From positions 750,001-782,000 of the forward strand of contig CBDCNV010000002.1 in the NCBI GenBank assembly GCA_965219535.1: a DNA stretch of 32,000 bases, given 5' to 3'. Position numbers and translations under genes: made by a program. This stretch comes from Opitutales bacterium. Its GTDB lineage: Bacteria; Verrucomicrobiota; Verrucomicrobiia; Opitutales; PNEW01. Below are positions 9,779 through 16,357 of this stretch, piece after piece; position 1 is the first letter of the stretch; each line of letters opens with the position of its first letter. The notes under the pieces were generated by a model. It saw only the letters and a program-made list of their open reading frames with translations, was not told where the DNA came from and searched no databases.

Positions 9779-10519
9779 TTAGTCTTGGCGCAAAAAGTCG
9801 TGGACTATATCGGCGTATCCTTCTGTATAGTCTATCTCCAGGTAATGAGCTCCGTAATACTCGAGAGGGGTAAAATCAGAGAGATCATATATTGGCATGG
9901 GGTTAAATTGCACTACCCCTTCTCCGGCATGACACACATGTAGTTTAACATCAGTTGTTGTATTGGAGAGTTCGAGGATCTGCATAACTTCAGCACCCTT
10001 TCCATCTGCTCGGGGTATCACCTTCAGTCGCCATGAAGGTAGTAAATTTGGCAAGTCTTCAGATGCAGCTTGCCTCTCCATGGTCGAGCGGACGCTCATT
10101 ATTGATGCACCCGCTAGAAAGGAATCCGTGTACATCACTCTTTCATCCATCTCTACCTTGACGTCGGCATATACTTTTGGCGTACCGTAAATTTCCCTAC
10201 CAGCCGGAATGCCGGAGCGCGCATTATGGAAAACAACAGGAGCAAAATAGCCCACCTGTCCATTATAAGTACATTTTACGATCAATATACTCTCCTCAAA
10301 CTTTCCATAGTTGGTAGACCAAGGCACGGTAAGGCCGATGGCTACGCAATAGCCATCTTCCGCTGCTTCAAAGCACTCAGGTAACACGCGGTCAACCGCT
10401 GAGACTTCGGCACGAAAATACACAAACTGAAAACAAACGTTTCGATAAGCAGACGGGGGCATAGGATAATACGGCGAGTAGGCCGGCATATTAGCGATTC
10501 TATCCATTGGAATAGTCAT
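9779..10519 (-). CDS. acetoacetate decarboxylase (ADC) family protein, paralog 2
   Basis: The ORF is 246 aa: MTIPMDRIANMPAYSPYYPMPPSAYRN...GREIYGTPKVYADVKV...LKVIPRADGKGAEV. It is clearly paralogous to 7475-8218. Confidence 0.9.
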   Translation of the reverse strand: MTIPMDRIANMPAYSPYYPMPPSAYRNVCFQFVYFRAEVSAVDRVLPECFEAAEDGYCVAIGLTVPWSTNYGKFEESILIVKCTYNGQVGYFAPVVFHNARSGIPAGREIYGTPKVYADVKVEMDERVMYTDSFLAGASIMSVRSTMERQAASEDLPNLLPSWRLKVIPRADGKGAEVMQILELSNTTTDVKLHVCHAGEGVVQFNPMPIYDLSDFTPLEYYGAHYLEIDYTEGYADIVHDFLRQD

Positions 10520-10689
10520 CAGTTTAACCTGTTTAAATTGTTATGGATATGCACTTATGAAGCATTTGATTGATGGGTTGGTTAGTAACCTAACCTAACT
10601 ATTATATAAATTAAGGCGGGTGCTATAGTTGTCAAATTTTCTGCTTTTTTTGGCAACTGCCCCTGGAACCCGCATAAATAAAGGGGAAA

Positions 10690-10735
10690 CTCTGCGTCCC
10701 GAACTCAGCGCTCTACCAGGCTGAGCTACACCCCG
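10690..10735 (-). pseudogene. tRNA-Pro(CGG) 5' fragment (acceptor 5' strand, D arm and anticodon arm only)
   Basis: The reverse complement reads CGGGGTG TA GCTC AGCCTGGTA GAGC G CTGAG TTCGGGA CGCAG AG. This gives a canonical D arm and a 7-nt anticodon loop UU-CGG-GA with G37. The anticodon stem pairs at 4 of 5 positions. No T arm or 3' acceptor strand follows; the downstream sequence is TTTCCCCTTTATTTATGCGGGTTCCAGGGGCAG. Confidence 0.55.
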
Positions 10736-10773
10736 TTATAAATGAGTAATTTTTATATTACTTTTTGGGGTGT

Positions 10774-10953
10774 TAACGAAAGCTAATTATTTTCGGGTCG
10801 AAGATTTAAGGTGGAACGCACTGCCCGTCCGTCATAGCCTTGGCGACGGCTGATCCCTAGCGCGTTAGAGATTGTTGTAAGTGAAGAAGCGTGCTAGGGA
10901 ACAGCCGTCGCTGTGCTATGTTAGGCTATGTCCGTCAGGCAGCCCGCTCCACC
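10774..10953. repeat. family A interspersed repeat, full long-form palindromic copy
   Basis: The left arm is ggtggaacgcactgcccgtccgtcatagccttggcgacggctgatccctagcgcgtt. The right arm is aagcgtgctagggaacagccgtcgctgtgctatgttaggctatgtccgtcaggcagcccgctccacc. The arms are imperfect reverse complements. There is also a ~35-nt left extension shared with the copy at 4114. Confidence 0.8.
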
Positions 10954-11032
10954 CGCATAAAATAACATAAAAATATTTGTAAATTTACAGAAGGAAACTG
11001 TCATGTAATCCCTTCTACCTCTTCAACGCCAG

Positions 11033-11638
11033 TTATCGCAGCCGAAGAACCAGCACCCAGGCAGTGAAGTCATTATCCGACGTTTCGCCAAATCGTTCAC
11101 GTTTCACGGAATAGATCTGGAAGCGAGGTTCGCATACTTCCACGAGTTCTTTTAGAGTGAGCCGAGGATATCCACGAGTGTCGGGGCCACCATCGGGGCG
11201 ACGATTGTCTTCGCAACCGTTCACATTGATCCACCATCCCCTCGACGTGAGTACAGACGCAACACGCTCGGCGAACGCGGCACGCTCCGATTTGGCTTCG
11301 TAGTTGGAGATCACGCCTCTTTCAAACACAAGATCGTATGGACCGTCTGGATCATCGCGGCAAAAGTCGCCGACCGTGAACTTTACATTCAAGCCGCGAC
11401 TTGCTGCCTCTGAGCGCGCTCTCTCAACAGCTGTTTCTGCAATATCGATCCCCTGAACCTTGAACCCTGCCGCTGCAAGGTGAAACGCCTGTGTACCGAC
11501 ACCGCATCCGACGTCAAGTATATGTCCACCATCTGGCAGAAGTTCACGGACCGTGCTCTCGAGTGGTGCCCACGGCTTCCCGTCCTCCCAAGGTGTTAGA
11601 CCCTGTCGATACCACTCGTTCCAGTCGATAGGGCTCAT
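11033..11638 (-). CDS. class I SAM-dependent methyltransferase (TPMT-like N-terminus)
   Basis: SAM-binding motif I is present (ILDVGCGVGTQAFHLAAAG), followed by an acidic residue in IDIAETAV. The N-terminus MSPIDWNEWYRQGLTPWE resembles the thiopurine/halide methyltransferase type. The start was chosen at ATG 11638; the longer ORF to 11716 overlaps the upstream gene. Confidence 0.85.
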   Translation of the reverse strand: MSPIDWNEWYRQGLTPWEDGKPWAPLESTVRELLPDGGHILDVGCGVGTQAFHLAAAGFKVQGIDIAETAVERARSEAASRGLNVKFTVGDFCRDDPDGPYDLVFERGVISNYEAKSERAAFAERVASVLTSRGWWINVNGCEDNRRPDGGPDTRGYPRLTLKELVEVCEPRFQIYSVKRERFGETSDNDFTAWVLVLRLR

Positions 11639-11687
11639 GTAGCAGCTATCACTTCCTCGTATGTCATGCCAAGTTGATCGAGTTCGT

Positions 11688-12038
11688 TCACAGCTGCGTG
11701 CGGAGTTCAAAGCCATTACCTTCGCAATCCTGGAAACAGCCGACCCTTACAGGGGCGCCCTCCGATTCCCGTAGTTCGATTAAACGCCCTCCAAGCTGCT
11801 CTATCTCAGCCTGAAACTCTTCGATGTGGTCAACTTCAAGATTCAGCCCCGCGTGAGGTAGTGGGCCATCCCCGTTGGCGGGAAGAATGTGCAGCGCCAG
11901 CTGGATGGCGCCGAAATCCAGCATCGTCCAACCTGGAGACTCAAATGACGGTTTTACATCAAAGACCTTTGTGTAAAATTCCTTTGCGCGATCCATGTCG
12001 TGTACGTAATGAATGACGATAGGATTTCTTGCTTTCAT
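11688..12038 (-). CDS. VOC family protein (glyoxalase/bleomycin-resistance fold)
   Basis: The ORF is 116 aa and consists of a single VOC module (VIHYVHDMDRAKEFYTKVFDV...GLNLEVDHIEEF...GNGFEL). Confidence 0.85.
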   Translation of the reverse strand: MKARNPIVIHYVHDMDRAKEFYTKVFDVKPSFESPGWTMLDFGAIQLALHILPANGDGPLPHAGLNLEVDHIEEFQAEIEQLGGRLIELRESEGAPVRVGCFQDCEGNGFELRTQL

Positions 12039-12140
12039 GTTTGTTTCTTTTCTCGACGGAATGATGATGGGATCTGGGCGATTCTTACAGACCGTAGCTA
12101 TTTGTGTATCGGTAGTCTATACCTATTTGCTCCTGTAATT

Positions 12141-12172
12141 GAAGAAGCGCGCTAGGGACAGCCCGCTCCACC
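12141..12172. repeat. family A repeat, solitary short right arm
   Basis: The sequence is gaagaagcgcgctagggacagcccgctccacc. Confidence 0.8.
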
Positions 12173-12313
12173 TTAGCTGCGTAATGATTTATTACTTAGC
12201 TAATCAGGCTTGAAGCCCTACATTTTCTTTGATTAAAATGACTGGTAGTAATGCCGTCCGGTGTTACGAGTTATTATCAACAGAAAGTTAATGCAAAAAA
12301 ATAAGGAGGAGTT

Positions 12314-12556
12314 ATGACACTTGAAGAAATTCGAGCTACCTTAGCCTGGTGCTCAGTAATAAATATAGGACTATTACTCTGGTGGTTTGTATTTATCGCC
12401 TTTGCGCACGACTGGGTTTATAAAATGCATTCACGATGGTTCAATATTCCGGTCGAAAAGTTCGATGCCATTCACTATGCCGGGATTGCGTTTTTCAAAA
12501 TTAGCATATTCCTCTTTAACCTGGTTCCCTATTTTGCTTTGCGTATTGTCGGTTGA
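12314..12556 (+). CDS. small hypothetical membrane protein (2 predicted TM segments)
   Basis: The ORF is 80 aa. A strong Shine-Dalgarno sequence (taaggaggagtt) lies directly upstream of the ATG. There are two hydrophobic stretches (WCSVINIGLLLWWFVFIAFA and IAFFKISIFLFNLVPYFAL). It resembles small DUF-type membrane proteins from memory, but this was not verified. Confidence 0.6.
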   Translation: MTLEEIRATLAWCSVINIGLLLWWFVFIAFAHDWVYKMHSRWFNIPVEKFDAIHYAGIAFFKISIFLFNLVPYFALRIVG

Positions 12557-12751
12557 GGATAGGCAACCAACTCAGAATACCGGTAGGCATTTACAGGTTG
12601 GCGTATCCCAACAGGTTCTGAATCCGCTGCTGAGTTAGTTGTCGTCCAGCAGCAGCGGGACTCGGTAGTCGATTTTGAAGATGTTGGGTTTCGCCCTCGG
12701 AACGATTGCATATTGATTAGAATACCTTTAACTACACTTTTATAAACCCTA

Positions 12752-12790
12752 TTGTCATTGCGAGGAGCGACGCGACGCGGCAATCCAGGG
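12752..12790. repeat. family B repeat, half copy
   Basis: The sequence is ttgtcattgcgaggagcgacgcgacgcggcaatccaggg. It matches the left arm of the element at 31021-31136. Confidence 0.7.
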
Positions 12791-12967
12791 AAATGACGGT
12801 TGCGTGATGTAGTTCCCTGAATGTTAATATTTACTCTCAACTGAACGATTGCCGATTATTGTTCAGTCTCTGTGCATGCAGTCGCGTAGGACTAATGTGA
12901 CATGTAAACACTTAGCTGTTTAATTAATAATACCTATTTAAAAATTTGATTTGAAGAAACGAATATT

Positions 12968-13093
12968 CCTTGGAATGATTTGAGTGGTGACTGGTATCCG
13001 TAGACGCAATGACTATTTGCCTGGAATGGAAGATGTCGCTACGCTCGGTAGCCACGTCACCCTCAGTTGCGGGATCCTCGCAATGACAAGAGG
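12968..13093. repeat. family B repeat, right-arm copies with an internal insertion
   Basis: The segments cctggaatggaagatgtcgctacgctc and cctcgcaatgacaagagg match 31094-31136. About 30 nt is inserted between the two matching parts. A degenerate extra copy lies upstream (ccttggaatgatttgagtggtgac). Confidence 0.65.
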
Positions 13094-13164
13094 AAAATAG
13101 GGCGAATGCTTGGGACACCTAACGACCCCCTTAATATATCCTTTGAATCCAGAGAACCACTTTT

Positions 13165-13347
13165 TTACTCTACGACTTGGTATTTGACCATTGCCTGGCA
13201 GCATATATTACTGCCATCCGCTTCTGAATAGACATATGGGCTGCCATAAGGTTGATAACCATCACCGAGTAATTCTTGCATCATTGTTTCCAACGCGAAG
13301 GGAATCCGTGCTTCTACTGTTCTGTATTCGGTTACTATTTTTTCCAT
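13165..13347 (-). CDS. small hypothetical protein (possibly DUF1737-like)
   Basis: The ORF is 60 aa (MEKIVTEYRTVEARIPFALETMMQELLGDGYQPYGSPYVY...CCQAMVKY). It has the ...L..GYQP.G... QAMV pattern I associate with DUF1737, with only a weak GGGGA Shine-Dalgarno sequence. It sits in repeat-rich DNA, so confidence is low. Confidence 0.4.
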   Translation of the reverse strand: MEKIVTEYRTVEARIPFALETMMQELLGDGYQPYGSPYVYSEADGSNICCQAMVKYQVVE

Positions 13348-13436
13348 TATTTATAATCCCCATTTATTTAATTAGTGTTATGCATTTCCGGAAATATATT
13401 TTATTCAATTCTTCAAGTCTTACACAAATATAAAAA

Positions 13437-13743
13437 AAGCGTGCTAGGGAATCTACCATCGGCCTGATTTTTTATCTTTAGAAAATATGTTGATTTATGC
13501 AACAATGGAGGGACGCGCAATGCCTGTCGGCAATAGCCGGCTGGCTATGACCGACAGGTAGCTGGTCCAATATTTATGATAGCATTGTATCTGTGGAACG
13601 TGGCAGGGACACCGCGTTAATTATAAGTAATAAAAAAAGAAGCGTGCTAGGGACAGCCCGCTCCACCTGATCAAATTAAATTCAAACAAATGAATATATA
13701 TATAAATTAATATAGAGGTGGAACGCGGTGTCCCTACCGCGTT
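13437..13743. repeat. cluster of at least four family A repeat units/hairpins
   Basis: The units are: 13437-13451, a partial arm; 13506-13569, a compact hairpin (tggagggacgcgcaatgcctgtcggcaatagcc / ggctatgaccgacaggtagctggtcca); 13593-13667, a short-form complete hairpin; and 13717-13743, a solitary left arm (ggtggaacgcggtgtccctaccgcgtt). Confidence 0.8.
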
Positions 13744-13791
13744 AGTGATTTATTGAAAAGTGTGACGTCATGAACCTCGCTCTAACACCCA

Positions 13792-16230
13792 TCAATTCCC
13801 ATTCGAGTCGAGGAGGGTCTCGATGGAATTATTAACGGCATGGACTTTGACTCCATTAATCTGAGAGGGGGGTATATTCAGATCAAGCGTTATAGAAATG
13901 GGTGATATAACGGTTAATACCGGGCCAACGGGAGATTCAGCGATAAACTCGTAATTGTAGATACCTTCAGCTGTGGGATTGCTGAAATTGAAATCGACAA
14001 GCCTGGGGTTTGTCCAACCGCTGGTCGTGACCATTCCGTCCGCGGTAATGCTTACCGACTCCGGTGCTGCTGAATCAATCGAGAGTGCTATCCCATTCAC
14101 TTCCAAAATTTTTGTAAATAACGGAAGGCTAATATTTTCACCGAAGGCATTCTCAAAGACAGCTTGTATGTTTGCAGCCTGAATATTTGTCGAATCCGAT
14201 TTGAAATTGTCCTGGGAAATGATGGAGCTGAAACCTGCGTTATCGCCTGTTGACGCCACGATCACATTCGACTCATTACTTTGAAGAAGGTCACCTCCAG
14301 CGATTATCAGTGCTCCATCATATTGAATTAACGAAGATCCCTCTCCCAGTATCAAGTGAGGGACGGCATCACCTGCTGCATCGATATCACCGATAATCGC
14401 TCGCACCAAAACCGGGACTCCAGATGCTTTTACTCCTATATCTCCCGTCGCATTATTGAAGCGTGTATTCGCGCAGAGTATACCGCCGAAACCGGTCGAA
14501 TTAATGATCTCTAATAATGCCACGTCGGCCACCGCATCATAAATTTCCCCTTCTGGGAACAAGTCCTGGTTAAATGCATTGATAGAGCCCACCGTGAAGA
14601 TGCTTAGAAAAGAATTTTCGTCCGCACCCTCCACGCGTATTGTTGGTTGGCCTTTTACATAATTTACCGTTGGCTGATTATACTTTGCCGGCGGCGCTGC
14701 TGCCTCAAATGTGTCCGGATCGAGAGTGACCGTTACGGTTGCGTTACCGGAGAATTCTACCTGAACGATGTCATCATTTAAATCAAGGAAAGAGACACGT
14801 GTAATCTCTGAACCATCTGTGCTCAAGGTAACACTTTGTCCGGTTAACAAGACCTGGTTATAAATGTTTCCGTTGGCGTGGGTGATGTTTTCTCCGACGA
14901 CATCACCGAATCCCTCTTGCACGAGATCAGCGGGGACAGTGCTGAGACTAAACACATAGACCGATCCAGAATCCGTGTCATTGTCATCATCTAATGGCGC
15001 TCCTACCAACACGGTATCTTCGCTGACCTCTGCCGTAAAACCGAACCAATCAAGTGCCACCCCATCGCTTGCCGTTAGTTTTGTAACCTCGCCCCAGTTA
15101 TCAGCTCCGCCAGTATTGCGTTTAAAAACGTAAGCGGAGCCGGAATCCTTACCACTGACATCGTCGAAGGTTGTACTGATAACGACGGTATCCCCGTCAA
15201 TATCGACCCATCCGCCTAACCAGTCATCGGGGTCCCCATCACTTGCGGTCAGTTTTGCGGCTTCACCCCAGTTATCGGGACCGCCCACGTTTCGTTCAAA
15301 GATATAAGCGGCACCGGAATCCACGCCTAGTGCATCGTTCAAGTTTGCACCGATCACAACGGTATCTCCACTGATCTCAACATGATTGCCAAATACATCA
15401 TCAGCTGCGCTGTCACTAGCGGTCAGTTTGTTAACTTCCCCCCAGTTGTCATCACCCCCTGCGTCGCGTTCAAAAATATAAGCCGAACCGGAATTGTGAC
15501 CATCGTCATCATCCCACACCGCACCGGCGACAACAGTGTCTCCGCTGATAGCAACTTGAAATGCAAATTTGTCACCTTCTGCCCCATCGGCTGATTTCAG
15601 TTTCGTCACCTCACCCCAGTTGTCAGGACCGCCGGCATTGCGTTCAAAAATATAGGCAGACCCGGAATCGATACCGTTGTCATCGTCGAAATGCGCACCA
15701 ATGGCAACGGTGTCTCCGCTGATCGCAACCGACCAGCCGAACCAATCACCTGCTGCGCCGTCGCTTGCTAGCAGCTTGGCAACCTGCGACCACGCATTGT
15801 TTCCATCGGTGTTACGTTCAAAGATATAAGCGGAACCGGAATCGATTCCGTTGTCGTCATCTAAATGCGCACCGACCACTAAAGTATCCGCATCGATCGC
15901 CGCAAATATTCCAAAATTATCTCCCAACGCGCCATCGTCAGCAATTAGTTTGGCCACCTCATTCCAATTGTGATTACTGCTCTGGGCGCGCTCATAGACA
16001 TAGACCGCGCCGGAATTATTACCGCTGTCATTTACTAGTGGTGCACCCACAATCAGGGTATCGCTGCTTATCCCTACCGCTCGTCCGAATAGTTCCTCCC
16101 TCGCACCATCACCAGCTAATACTTTGCTCAGCTCATTAGTGATGATTGTTTCAGCGACCAATCCTCCTGAGCCGATCGCCAATAGAGCAAATAAGAGAAG
16201 GTAAAGTAAACACTGCGTGCGCGCATTCAT
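13792..16230 (-). CDS. secreted protein: signal peptide + seven FG-GAP-type repeats (beta-propeller) + shared core domain + unique C-terminal extension
   Basis: The ORF is 812 aa with an N-terminal signal peptide (MNARTQCLLYLLLFALLAIGSGG). There are seven ~57-aa repeats of the form D-G-x-x-G-D-x-F-G...ISGDTVVIGA...DSGSAYIFER...NW.EV.KL. The shared core domain spans aa ~446-680 (GENITHANGNIYNQVLLTG...QDNFKSD), followed by a ~130-aa unique tail. Confidence 0.9.
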   Translation of the reverse strand: MNARTQCLLYLLLFALLAIGSGGLVAETIITNELSKVLAGDGAREELFGRAVGISSDTLIVGAPLVNDSGNNSGAVYVYERAQSSNHNWNEVAKLIADDGALGDNFGIFAAIDADTLVVGAHLDDDNGIDSGSAYIFERNTDGNNAWSQVAKLLASDGAAGDWFGWSVAISGDTVAIGAHFDDDNGIDSGSAYIFERNAGGPDNWGEVTKLKSADGAEGDKFAFQVAISGDTVVAGAVWDDDDGHNSGSAYIFERDAGGDDNWGEVNKLTASDSAADDVFGNHVEISGDTVVIGANLNDALGVDSGAAYIFERNVGGPDNWGEAAKLTASDGDPDDWLGGWVDIDGDTVVISTTFDDVSGKDSGSAYVFKRNTGGADNWGEVTKLTASDGVALDWFGFTAEVSEDTVLVGAPLDDDNDTDSGSVYVFSLSTVPADLVQEGFGDVVGENITHANGNIYNQVLLTGQSVTLSTDGSEITRVSFLDLNDDIVQVEFSGNATVTVTLDPDTFEAAAPPAKYNQPTVNYVKGQPTIRVEGADENSFLSIFTVGSINAFNQDLFPEGEIYDAVADVALLEIINSTGFGGILCANTRFNNATGDIGVKASGVPVLVRAIIGDIDAAGDAVPHLILGEGSSLIQYDGALIIAGGDLLQSNESNVIVASTGDNAGFSSIISQDNFKSDSTNIQAANIQAVFENAFGENISLPLFTKILEVNGIALSIDSAAPESVSITADGMVTTSGWTNPRLVDFNFSNPTAEGIYNYEFIAESPVGPVLTVISPISITLDLNIPPSQINGVKVHAVNNSIETLLDSNGN
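14947..16119 (-). repeat. seven tandem coding repeats (FG-GAP-like blades) inside 13792-16230
   Basis: Seven consecutive units were counted in the translation (aa ~38-428). The DNA-level similarity between units is visible (for example ggaatcgat(a/t)ccgttgtc(a/g)tc recurs). Confidence 0.8.
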
Positions 16231-16357
16231 GGTCTTTTATGCCTAGAGGAGCTCACACTGGGGACAGTTAATTCGTAATGCATGTTCCTATTACAAGAAG
16301 TATAACCTTTTGAACTGGACACTATCATAACCCAAAGACACGGTAAACTTAATTCCT

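Noticed and set aside
10661-10735. A complete tRNA gene.
   Set aside because: Only the first ~46 nt fit the cloverleaf. No GTTC-type T loop or complementary 3' acceptor strand (…CACCCCG) follows within 100 nt.
11033-11716. The 227-aa version of the methyltransferase ORF.
   Set aside because: The extension overlaps the 3' end of the upstream VOC gene and is Arg/Ser-rich junk. MSPIDWNEWY... at ATG 11638 matches the family N-terminus.
12924-13118. ORFs translated from repeat elements: 12529-12840, 12924-13118, 13013-13204, 25654-25991, 30849-31130 and 30934-31164.
   Set aside because: They run through family A/B palindromes (peptides such as CHCEDPATEGDVATERSD and VIAKEAKQTAAIQG). They have no Shine-Dalgarno sequence and their frames are not conserved between copies.
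13437-13743. A possible CRISPR array, because ~27-32-nt repeats recur.
   Set aside because: The units are in mixed orientation, form hairpins with each other, have irregular spacing (20-60 nt) and varying lengths, and also occur singly across the window. No cas genes are present.
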